Assembly: GCA_018823045.1 (NCBI GenBank)
Contig: JAHJIX010000016.1
Coordinates: forward strand, 2,961 to 66,960
Direction of reading: 5' to 3'
Source of the DNA: Patescibacteria group bacterium
GTDB taxonomy: Bacteria > Patescibacteriota > Patescibacteriia > Magasanikbacterales > UBA922
Length of the DNA: 64,000 bases
The stretch's first letter is position 1, and each line of letters opens with the position of its first letter. The notes beneath the pieces were generated by a model. It worked only from the letters and a program-made list of their open reading frames with translations. It was not told the origin of the DNA and did no database searches. Of this stretch, positions 1 to 8,122 are shown in pieces. A program made the position numbers and the translations under genes.

Positions 1-660
1 ACACCAGCTCAACCAGCAGCTCCAGAAGTTGATGAATATGGTTGTACAGTAAACGAAGGTATGTGTATCTATAATCCAAATTCAGATGCACTTGAATCAC
101 AAAATGTATATCCGGGGACAACATTTATGCATTGTGGCCATTGTACATATACAGAAAATATTCCAGAACAGTTACGGCCAAAACCAGTAGTTCCTGTGAC
201 ACCGGCACCGGCAGAACCAGTAGAAGATCCATATGCCTGTGAAAAAGATAATGGTCAAATGTGTATTTATAATCCAAGCTCAGATGCGGCGGAATCACAA
301 AGTGTGTTTCCAGGAGCAACATTCTTACATTGTGGTCATTGTACATATGAAGAAGGAGAAATTCCAGCAGAATTACGACCAGCACCAGTACCAGCACCTG
401 TTGTATTACCAACACCACAAGCCGATATCTATATTGAAGATGGGTATATGAATCCTGCGAGTTTAATTGTAAAACCGGGAAGTGTGATTACGATGTATAA
501 TCATAGCAGTAATACGGTAACGATTGGTGGAACAGCAACAAAAACAAATCCTATTCCACCCGGAACAATTGTACAATTAGGTATGCCAGCTACAGTAGGA
601 AGTTATGCCTATTGGGTAGTTGACAATGAAAGTATTCGTGGAACAATTGTTGTTGAATAA
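1..660 (+). CDS. Secreted Cys/His-rich repeat protein with a beta-rich (cupredoxin-like?) C-terminal domain; 5' end lies outside the window
   Basis: The frame is open from base 1 (TPAQPAAPEVDEYGCTVNEG precedes the annotated Met), so the gene starts upstream. A roughly 50-aa module is repeated 2-3 times: C..(M/Q)CIYNP(N/S)SDA.ESQ.V(Y/F)PG(T/A)TF(M/L)HCGHCTY.E..IP..LRP, joined by Pro/Val-rich linkers. The C-terminal roughly 80 aa is a beta-strand-like domain with no Cys. Confidence 0.45.
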   Translation, partial: TPAQPAAPEVDEYGCTVNEGMCIYNPNSDALESQNVYPGTTFMHCGHCTYTENIPEQLRPKPVVPVTPAPAEPVEDPYACEKDNGQMCIYNPSSDAAESQSVFPGATFLHCGHCTYEEGEIPAELRPAPVPAPVVLPTPQADIYIEDGYMNPASLIVKPGSVITMYNHSSNTVTIGGTATKTNPIPPGTIVQLGMPATVGSYAYWVVDNESIRGTIVVE

Positions 661-676
661 GTGTATATAATAGACT

Positions 677-704
677 AAGGAGGCTTGCAAGAGCCTCCTT
701 TTTG
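677..704 (+). terminator. Rho-independent terminator hairpin (aaggaggct / agcctcctt followed by a T-run)
   Basis: 9-bp perfect stem, 6-nt loop, then TTTTT immediately after the stop at 660. Confidence 0.6.
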
Positions 705-812
705 GTATATGCTGTATATATACTGCATCCATCTAAATGAATTCAATTACTTTTTGTATGTGTTGGTTCTTTGAATCAGAAATTTTGTCATGATGCATAA
801 GTCTCTTATATT

Positions 813-1436
813 ATGAAAATAGTAACTCGTTTTGCACAAAAAAGGCCAGATTTGTTTGTTTTTATTCGTTCAACACAGCAACATCCGCATGATATGTTTA
901 TTGCACGGACGGTGTTGCGTTTTTTACCAGAATCAGTGACACCAAATCAATTGACGATGGTGCGATTTTTAGGTATCCCTGTTGTTGTGTATCTATTAAT
1001 ATCACAACAATATGTGTTTGGAAGTATTATCTTTTTACTTGTTGCTTTTACTGATGTCATGGATGGTTCTTTAGCAAGGACAAGAGATAAAATCACAAAA
1101 TTTGGTATGTTGTTTGATCCACTTGCTGACAAATTATTAATTGGAAGTATGGTGTTAGTACTTGCATTTCAATATTTTAATTATTTGTTAGGAATAGCTA
1201 TCTTGGGTATTGAAATTGTGTTTATTATGATTGCTTTGGTTGCTGAAATAAAGTTTCATACGGTTAAAGCGGCAAATGTCTGGGGAAAGATTAAAATGGT
1301 TTCTCAAGTATGCGCGGTATTTATTACATTACTTGCAATCGTTTTTCATATTCCATATTTATTTACTATGGCGGCTTGGATTTTTGGTATTGCCATTGGT
1401 TTTGCTGTTATTAGTTTGTTTACTCAAGGGATTTAA
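813..1436 (+). CDS. CDP-alcohol phosphatidyltransferase (PgsA-like) membrane protein
   Basis: DGSLARTRDKITKFGMLFDPLADKLL matches the D-G-x2-A-R-x8-G-x3-D-x3-D signature; multiple TM helices. Confidence 0.6.
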   Translation: MKIVTRFAQKRPDLFVFIRSTQQHPHDMFIARTVLRFLPESVTPNQLTMVRFLGIPVVVYLLISQQYVFGSIIFLLVAFTDVMDGSLARTRDKITKFGMLFDPLADKLLIGSMVLVLAFQYFNYLLGIAILGIEIVFIMIALVAEIKFHTVKAANVWGKIKMVSQVCAVFITLLAIVFHIPYLFTMAAWIFGIAIGFAVISLFTQGI

Positions 1437-1446
1437 ATAAATTATT

Positions 1447-1857
1447 ATGAATAAAGAAAATTGTATTTTTTGTAAGATTATCGCAGGAGATATTCCAAAT
1501 GATACGGTGTATGAGGATGATTATACACTTGCATTTTTAGATATTGCTCCAAGAGCAAAAGGGCATACTGTTGTTATTCCTAAAACACATGCTTTATATA
1601 TTACAGATATGGTAGATGCGGATATTAGTGCATTGTTTTTGTCAGTAAAACAAGTGACCTCACGTTTGCAAGAAGTGCTTCATCCTGATGGTTTTTCTAT
1701 TGGGGTAAATCATGGTGAAGCTGGTGGGCAAGCCGTTCCTCATGTACATGTTCATATTATGCCAAGATGGAACGGAGATGGTGGTGGAAATATGCATAGT
1801 ATTGTTGATGCAGCGAGAGATATTTCTGTAGGAGAAATTTCACAATTATTTTTATAA
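1447..1857 (+). CDS. HIT-family nucleotide hydrolase
   Basis: N-terminal CIFCKIIAGDIP and histidine triad HVHVHIMPR. Confidence 0.8.
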   Translation: MNKENCIFCKIIAGDIPNDTVYEDDYTLAFLDIAPRAKGHTVVIPKTHALYITDMVDADISALFLSVKQVTSRLQEVLHPDGFSIGVNHGEAGGQAVPHVHVHIMPRWNGDGGGNMHSIVDAARDISVGEISQLFL

Positions 1858-1862
1858 GAGAT

Positions 1863-2411
1863 ATGCCAAAACGATTAAAAAAATTATCTGAAGAAATATT
1901 ACATAAAAATCCGTGGTATGAGTATAAACATGATCGGTATACTTTACCAAATGGAGGGGAAGGAGATTACTTTTATATTGAAACAAATGGAACGTCTATT
2001 GTTATTCCATTTTTAGAAGATGGTAGAGTGCTTCTTACTGTGCAATATCGTTATTTACACGATAAACAAAGTATTGAATTTCCTGCTGGAGGTATTAAAG
2101 AGGGACAAGATCCTTTGGTTGCTGCTAAAGCAGAATTGTATGAAGAAACTGGATGGGTTGCAAAAGACTTTGTTAAAGTGGCAACACTTGAACCAAGCAC
2201 TGGGTGTATAAAAGATAAAACACATGTGTATGTTGCACATGTTGTCGAGGAGCATGAACAGCATTTAGATGAAACAGAAGATATCGAGTTAGTATATAGA
2301 AAAGTGTCAGAAGTTGAAGATATGATTCGCAGAAATGACATTTGGGATGGTATGAGTTTAGCTGCATGGGCTTTAGCTCGGCATCATATGTATAATAATA
2401 GATTGATGTAG
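1863..2411 (+). CDS. NUDIX hydrolase (ADP-ribose pyrophosphatase-like)
   Basis: Nudix box GGIKEGQDPLVAAKAELYEETG. Confidence 0.75.
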   Translation: MPKRLKKLSEEILHKNPWYEYKHDRYTLPNGGEGDYFYIETNGTSIVIPFLEDGRVLLTVQYRYLHDKQSIEFPAGGIKEGQDPLVAAKAELYEETGWVAKDFVKVATLEPSTGCIKDKTHVYVAHVVEEHEQHLDETEDIELVYRKVSEVEDMIRRNDIWDGMSLAAWALARHHMYNNRLM

Positions 2412-2412
2412 T

Positions 2413-3324
2413 ATGGAATATTTAGAAAATAATAAATATGTCGTTCCAACAGTCGATACGATTGTGGTAAATGATGCTGATGAAGTGTTATTAGTATTGC
2501 GTCATAAAGAGCCGTCAAAAGGGAAGTGGGTATTACCTGGTGGGCGTATTGATGTTGAAGACATGAGTGCCCCTGTCGCTGCCGTACGTGAAGTACAAGA
2601 AGAAACGGGTCTTGATGTAGAGATTACTTCTTTTATGGGCGTATATGCTGATCCAACACGAGATAGTCGGTTTCATGCCGTGAGTACGGTGTATGTCGGT
2701 TCTGTTGTTGGTGGAAAAATTCAAGTGCAAGAAGGAGAAACAGACGCTGTACAATTTTTTTCATTAGATCAATTACCTGATATTGGTTTTGATCATAAAC
2801 ATATTATAGAAGAATATATTGCAGGGCGAGAAAAAGGATGTTTACCTGCATACGATGATCGTACATTATCTGTGTATGGAAAAGAATGGCAAGCTGAGGG
2901 GTATCAAGCAAAAGCAGAATATATTCATGTGGCAGTTGATACTATTGTGCGTAATACAGAAGGAAAGATTTTATGGACGTATCGGGCAAAACGATGGTGT
3001 ACAAATACCTGGATTTTACCTGGTGGTCATATGAAAGTAGGGGAAGATATTGCAGAAACCTCTGCTCGAGAAGTATGGGAAGAAGCTGGCGTGAAAATTA
3101 CATTTGATCGGGTACTTGCAACATTGTACGGGCCATATCGCAATCCGCATCATCCTGCATTAACCGTTTTATGTGTGGCAACCCTGACTGAAGAAGCGCC
3201 ATTTGCAGAAAATATTGAAGTATTAAAACGGCAATGGGCATCTATAGAAGAAACACCAGATCCTATAGGATTTGATTGTGAAAAAATGATGACATATTAT
3301 CAATTATATTTACGTTCAAACTAA
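2413..3324 (+). CDS. Tandem double-NUDIX-domain hydrolase
   Basis: Two Nudix boxes: LPGGRIDVEDMSAPVAAVREVQEETG and LPGGHMKVGEDIAETSAREVWEEAG. Confidence 0.75.
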   Translation: MEYLENNKYVVPTVDTIVVNDADEVLLVLRHKEPSKGKWVLPGGRIDVEDMSAPVAAVREVQEETGLDVEITSFMGVYADPTRDSRFHAVSTVYVGSVVGGKIQVQEGETDAVQFFSLDQLPDIGFDHKHIIEEYIAGREKGCLPAYDDRTLSVYGKEWQAEGYQAKAEYIHVAVDTIVRNTEGKILWTYRAKRWCTNTWILPGGHMKVGEDIAETSAREVWEEAGVKITFDRVLATLYGPYRNPHHPALTVLCVATLTEEAPFAENIEVLKRQWASIEETPDPIGFDCEKMMTYYQLYLRSN

Positions 3325-3454
3325 ATTCTTCTTTAAGAGTCTCGGACATTCTTATTTTTTAGTCATCAAAACTCGCAAGAGCTCAAACAGTTGCTGCCTA
3401 AAAAACAAGAACATCTCTCGGCTGTTAGATATAAAATAATTATTTATTGGAAAG

Positions 3455-4474
3455 ATGAATATGCTTATGAAATTATTAGTCACCGGTGGAGCTGGATTTA
3501 TTGGATCAAATTTCATCCATTATATGTTAGGCGCGCATGATGATGTATCAATTATTAATCTTGATGCATTAACCTACGCAGGCAATTTAGAAAATTTACA
3601 ATCTGTAGAAAACGATGATCGCTATACTTTTGTCAAAGGAAATATTTGTGATCGAGATGTCGTGTTTGATTTGGTAAAAGATGTTGATGCAATTGTGCAT
3701 TTTGCTGCAGAAACACACGTAGATCGCTCTATCATGGAGCCAGCTATTTTTTTGAATACGAATGTACTTGGTACACAAGTATTGCTTGATGCAGCAAAAG
3801 AATATGACAAACGCTTCCATCATGTTTCTACAGATGAAGTATTTGGCGCACTTGGGCAAAATGATGCGCCATTTAACGAAGATACCCCATATGATCCACG
3901 CAGCCCATATTCAGCGGCAAAAGCAGCCTCAGATCACTTGGTGCGGGCGTATTATCATACCTATGGTGTTCAAATAACCATTTCAAATTGTTCAAATAAT
4001 TACGGCCCATACATGTTCCCAGAAAAAGTATTGCCACTTTTTATTACGCGACTTATGGCAGATAAAACAGTGCCAGTGTATGGTGATGGACTGCAAGTGA
4101 GAGATTGGATTCATGTTACTGACCATAATAGAGGAGTGGATATGATTTTGCGCAAAGGACGCATTGGAGAGACCTATTGTCTTGGTGGAAAAGATGCGGA
4201 AATTAATAATTTAAACTTAACGAAACTGCTCCTCAAGATCATGGGCAAAGATGAATCACATATTGAATTTGTCAAAGACCGTGCAGGGCATGATTTCCGT
4301 TATGCGGTAGATTATTCAAAAGCACAAAAAGAATTGGGCTGGGAGCCACAGGTGAGCTTAGAAGAGGGATTAACAGACATGGTAGAGTGGTATTTGTCTC
4401 ATCAAGATTGGGTTGAGCGTTGCTTGAGTGGAGATTATCAAGCATATTATGATAAACAATACATTAAACGGTAA
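3455..4474 (+). CDS. rfbB: dTDP-glucose 4,6-dehydratase
   Basis: LVTGGAGFIGSNF Rossmann motif, YSAAKAASDHL (YxxxK), overall SDR-extended RmlB-like sequence. Confidence 0.85.
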   Translation: MNMLMKLLVTGGAGFIGSNFIHYMLGAHDDVSIINLDALTYAGNLENLQSVENDDRYTFVKGNICDRDVVFDLVKDVDAIVHFAAETHVDRSIMEPAIFLNTNVLGTQVLLDAAKEYDKRFHHVSTDEVFGALGQNDAPFNEDTPYDPRSPYSAAKAASDHLVRAYYHTYGVQITISNCSNNYGPYMFPEKVLPLFITRLMADKTVPVYGDGLQVRDWIHVTDHNRGVDMILRKGRIGETYCLGGKDAEINNLNLTKLLLKIMGKDESHIEFVKDRAGHDFRYAVDYSKAQKELGWEPQVSLEEGLTDMVEWYLSHQDWVERCLSGDYQAYYDKQYIKR

Positions 4475-4477
4475 AAA

Positions 4478-4596
4478 ATCCCTCCCCTATAAGGGGAGGT
4501 TAGGTGGGGTCTTACGGAGCGCTTAAAGAAGGGTTAATTTACACTCATCTTAATAGCAAAGATGGACCCCCTCTAACTCCCCCTCATAGGGGGAGG
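4478..4596. repeat. GC-rich inverted-repeat hairpin element: two inverted copies of a roughly 33-bp unit (CCCTCCCC-loop-GGGGAGG plus tail TTAGGTGGGGTC) flanking a roughly 52-bp core
   Basis: tccctcccctataaggggaggttaggtggggtc (4478-4510) versus gaccccctctaactccccctcatagggggaggac (4563-4596), which is its near reverse complement. A related third hairpin is at 48570-48595. Confidence 0.6.
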
Positions 4597-4636
4597 ACTT
4601 TCATTAAATATTTTTAATTTATAATTAATAATCAAT

Positions 4637-5512
4637 ATGAATATTCTTATTTTAGGAAAAGGATACGTTGGCGTTCGTTGTGCTGAAGCATGGAAAGATG
4701 CCACACTTGCTGACACTCGTATTCAAACAAAAGAAGATGTATTAGCATTACTCGATAAATACCAACCAGATGCAGTGCTTAATGCGGCTGGAGTTCGTGG
4801 AAAACCAAATGTGGATTGGTGTGAAGATCATCAATTAGAAACTATTTTGGGAAACACAAAACTGCCAATTACGATTGCAGAGGCTTGCCAAGAACGTGGT
4901 GTGTATTTACTGCACATTGGTTCTGGGTGTATTTTTTATGGAGATTCACCTCATGCTGACAAAAAATGGAGAGAAAACGATATGGGAAATCCAACAGAGG
5001 TAACCTACTCTCGGACAAAATGGGCAGCAGATTTAGTGCTTTCAACCCTCCCAAATGTTGGGATTGCACGTATGCGCATGCCAATTGATTACATTCCATC
5101 AAAACAAAACATGATTGATAAGCTGGCAACCTATCCAAAGGTGATTGATGTAGAAAATTCTGTCACCATTGTCGACGATATGGTAGATGTATTTTATCAA
5201 CTCATGGAGAAAAAAGCAGAAGGATTTTTTCATGTCACAAATCCTGGCACACTCAAACACAAAGAAATTGTTGCGTTATACGAAGAAATGGTTGATCCAG
5301 ATCACACAAATGAATGGATTAGTAATGATGATTTGGTCAAACAAGGCCTTGCAACAAAAGGACGATCAAATAACTTCTTATCTTCAGAGCGTTTAGGAGA
5401 ATTTGGTATTCACATGCGAGAAGTGCATGATGCAATGCGAGATACCATGGAAAAATATGCAAAGCTTAAAAAAGAAGGAGTAGAAACACAAGAAGGTGGG
5501 CCTACTTGCTGA
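4637..5512 (+). CDS. NAD(P)-dependent sugar reductase/epimerase, RmlD-like (dTDP-4-dehydrorhamnose reductase family)
   Basis: N-terminal Rossmann NILILGKGYVGVRC; size and position after rfbB in the deoxysugar cluster; YSRTKW (YxxxK-like). Confidence 0.5.
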   Translation: MNILILGKGYVGVRCAEAWKDATLADTRIQTKEDVLALLDKYQPDAVLNAAGVRGKPNVDWCEDHQLETILGNTKLPITIAEACQERGVYLLHIGSGCIFYGDSPHADKKWRENDMGNPTEVTYSRTKWAADLVLSTLPNVGIARMRMPIDYIPSKQNMIDKLATYPKVIDVENSVTIVDDMVDVFYQLMEKKAEGFFHVTNPGTLKHKEIVALYEEMVDPDHTNEWISNDDLVKQGLATKGRSNNFLSSERLGEFGIHMREVHDAMRDTMEKYAKLKKEGVETQEGGPTC

Positions 5513-5569
5513 TAATTTGATATATTATTACATAAAAAACGTCTAGATTTAGGCGTTTTTTACTTCTAC

Positions 5570-5929
5570 ATGGTGAAGATGGGTAAGTACGGTCAGCCCA
5601 TCATCATCGCCGAGCCTGACTTGGCCTTCGAGGCGCCCAGCTGCCTCAACTACGTCGACGCCAAGGGTGAGGAGGCCACGCCGAGCGAGAAGATCGCGGG
5701 CATTATCTGTAAGGATGGGCCGCGCTTCAGCCTCAGCAATGCCAAGAAGAAGGGAATCTCCGTTAGCGTCAACGATGAGGGTTTCATCCAGATCGACAAC
5801 GAGACTTGGTGGATCTCGACCTTGTTCTGCAAGGACAAGAACCGCATCGTGGGCTACGACGCCTACCTCGTTCGCATGAAGCCGAAGCAGGTCCTCATCC
5901 TCGAGCTCGGGGACCTCGACCTCTTCTAA
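5570..5929 (+). CDS. Hypothetical 119-aa protein encoded by a strikingly GC-rich, G/C-ending-codon ORF (foreign insertion)
   Basis: Long uninterrupted ORF; third codon positions almost all G/C; no Shine-Dalgarno; flanked by typical AT-rich native DNA; no motif recognised. Confidence 0.5.
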   Translation: MVKMGKYGQPIIIAEPDLAFEAPSCLNYVDAKGEEATPSEKIAGIICKDGPRFSLSNAKKKGISVSVNDEGFIQIDNETWWISTLFCKDKNRIVGYDAYLVRMKPKQVLILELGDLDLF

Positions 5930-6067
5930 GGAGCATTAACAACACATACCCAAGTCCCTGCACACCGTGTAAACTTGGGGGAAATAAAAAGGTTCTTATC
6001 GTTGATAGGGGCTTTTTTTGTTTCATTCTCTTGCATTTTTAGCCATTTTTTAGTAGGATATAGGTAT

Positions 6068-6928
6068 ATGGATGTATCAATTATTACCGTTACGTGGAAC
6101 AATGCAGAGCAAATTGCTCGTCAACTGAAAAGCGCTCAAGAAGGAGTTGCTACTCTTAAGATTGAGCAACATGTGATTGATAATGGATCAAAGGATGATA
6201 CTGTTGATATTGTAAAAAAACAATTCCCAGAGGTGAATCTTATCTCAAATAAAGTAGGTAAAGGATTTGGCGGGGCAAATATGCAAGGGGTAGAGGCTTC
6301 ATCTAATGATGTGCGCTATTATTTGTTTCTCAATCCAGATATGAAGGTGGAAAAGGGAAGTATAGATACTTTTGTTGCGTGGATGGATAAGCACCCTGAT
6401 GTTGGCATTGCAAGCCCCAAATTGTTAGATGAGCATGGGAAATTAAATATGGATGCAACGCCTCGTCGTTTTCCTCGTGTATGGGAGCAAGTCGCATTGA
6501 TTTTAAAAGTACCTCATATCTTTCCGTCTATTATGAATAAGTACATGATGACTGATATTGATGCAGATACAGAGCAAGATGTGGATTCTGTCCGCGGGTC
6601 ATTTATGCTCATGCGAAAAGAATTTGTTGATAAGCTTGGTTTTGCATTTGATCCACGATATTTTATTTGGTATGAAGATGTAGATATTTGTCGAGAAGCA
6701 AATCGATTAGGATACCGAGTGGTACATACGCCAATTATTTCAGCGGTAGACTATATTGGACAAAGTTTTAAAAAACGAGAAACATTGTGGAAGCAAAAGA
6801 ATTTTACAAAAAGCATGTTGCAGTATTTCCAAAAATGGGAGCCATGGTATAAGTGGATGTGGATTGCACTGTTTCGACCAGTGGGTATTGCGCTTGCGTG
6901 GTTGAATGATAAAGTGCATAAAAAATAA
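6068..6928 (+). CDS. Family-2 glycosyltransferase
   Basis: MDVSIITVTWNN start and GSKDD / NPDM D-x-D-type motifs. The annotated upstream Met at 5975 is probably not used, because the conserved GT2 N-terminus begins at 6068. Confidence 0.75.
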   Translation: MDVSIITVTWNNAEQIARQLKSAQEGVATLKIEQHVIDNGSKDDTVDIVKKQFPEVNLISNKVGKGFGGANMQGVEASSNDVRYYLFLNPDMKVEKGSIDTFVAWMDKHPDVGIASPKLLDEHGKLNMDATPRRFPRVWEQVALILKVPHIFPSIMNKYMMTDIDADTEQDVDSVRGSFMLMRKEFVDKLGFAFDPRYFIWYEDVDICREANRLGYRVVHTPIISAVDYIGQSFKKRETLWKQKNFTKSMLQYFQKWEPWYKWMWIALFRPVGIALAWLNDKVHKK

Positions 6929-6936
6929 TTTTAGTA

Positions 6937-7044
6937 ACGTCATTGCGAGGAGGAGGTATGACGAAGCAATCCCATTGTTTAATGCAATAAAGAATAAGAT
7001 TGCCGCGCTGTCCTGCCGATTGGGCAGGCTGCTCGCAATGACGT
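6937..7044. repeat. MITE-like repeat, copy A: terminal inverted repeats acgtcattgcgag / ctcgcaatgacgt; internal AGGAGGAGGT + ATG 10-codon micro-ORF
   Basis: Near-identical copy at 21702-21803 and a truncated copy at 30733-30778; 13-bp perfect terminal inverted repeats. Confidence 0.7.
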
Positions 7045-7069
7045 ACGAGTAAATATCGATTATATTGAT

Positions 7070-8122
7070 ATGAAAAAATTAAGCGTACATTTAGTAACAT
7101 GGAATGGAGCAAAGTATGTGCCATACTTGTTTGCGTCGCTTAAAAAACAAACATATACAGATTGGAAGCTCTATATTTGGGATAATGATTCAAAAGATGG
7201 CATGGCAGAAGCAATGGAAGAAGAATTGAAAGATGTTTCTTTTGAGTATGAACTCATTAAGCATACAGATAATATTGGTTTTGCAGGAGGACACAATGCA
7301 CTATACAAACAAACAGAGAGCAAATATTTTTTGCCACTTAATCAAGACATGTATTTAACGCCCGATTGTTTTGAACAGATGGTTGCATGGATGGATGAGC
7401 ATGAAGATGTGGCAGTGATTTCTCCACGTTTGATGCGTTGGGATTTTCAAAAGATGCTTGCCGGCAATGACCGTGCTGCATTTACTGGGCAAATTGATGC
7501 GCTCGGGTTAAAAGTATTTCGCAATCGTCGCATGATTGAGCAATATACTCAATATCAATGGGCTGATATTCAGAAACAATTTTTATCAGAGAGTATTCCC
7601 GTGTTTGGGGTTTCTGGTGCGTTTCCATTATATCGGCGGACGGCTATTGATGATATTGCATTTGACGATGGGACATTTTTTGATGAGTCATATCATTCAT
7701 ATAAAGAAGATGTCGATCTTGCATATCGTTTGCGGAGTGCAGGTCATGAGTCATATGTGTTACTTGATGTTGTCGCGTATCATGATCGTAGTGGTGCGGG
7801 TCCTAAAAAATTAAATGATGTTTCGGCACTCAAAAATAAAAAAGAACATTCTTCTTGGGTGAAGTATCATAGTTACAAAAATCATTTAATGACTTTATAT
7901 AAAAATGAATATTGGCAAAATACTTGGCTAGATTTTCCGTGGATTAAATGGTATGAATTAAAGAAGTTTTTTTATTTTCTTTTATTTGATCGAACGGTAT
8001 TAAAGGGATTAGGGGAGTTTATTCGTTTATATTCTGAATTGCGAAAAAAGAAAATATTGATTAAACAAAAACGGCGTGTGTCTTATAAAGAATTGAGAAA
8101 ATGGTGGGGGAAAAATAACTAA
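7070..8122 (+). CDS. Family-2 glycosyltransferase
   Basis: VHLVTWNGAKYV ... WDNDSKDG (DxD); GT2 architecture. Confidence 0.75.
   Translation: MKKLSVHLVTWNGAKYVPYLFASLKKQTYTDWKLYIWDNDSKDGMAEAMEEELKDVSFEYELIKHTDNIGFAGGHNALYKQTESKYFLPLNQDMYLTPDCFEQMVAWMDEHEDVAVISPRLMRWDFQKMLAGNDRAAFTGQIDALGLKVFRNRRMIEQYTQYQWADIQKQFLSESIPVFGVSGAFPLYRRTAIDDIAFDDGTFFDESYHSYKEDVDLAYRLRSAGHESYVLLDVVAYHDRSGAGPKKLNDVSALKNKKEHSSWVKYHSYKNHLMTLYKNEYWQNTWLDFPWIKWYELKKFFYFLLFDRTVLKGLGEFIRLYSELRKKKILIKQKRRVSYKELRKWWGKNN

Noticed and set aside
5667-6042. Arg/Ala-rich ORFs 5667-5879 (+) and 5806-6042 (+)
   Set aside because: They are alternative frames of the GC-rich insert. High-GC DNA yields long spurious Arg/Ala/Pro ORFs, whereas the frame at 5570-5929 has a normal protein composition.
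5975-6067. The annotated N-terminal extension MGEIKRFLSLIGAFFVSFSCIFSHFLVGYRY of the first GT2
   Set aside because: The conserved GT2 N-terminus (MDVSIITVTWNN) starts at the ATG at 6068, and the extension is AT-rich low-complexity sequence.
6804-7124. Minus-strand ORFs 6804-7124 and 21485-21823 that share the peptide LILYC(I/M)KQWDCFVI
   Set aside because: They are read-through translations of the two MITE-like repeat copies. The shared peptide is exactly the repeat sequence, so they are not genes.
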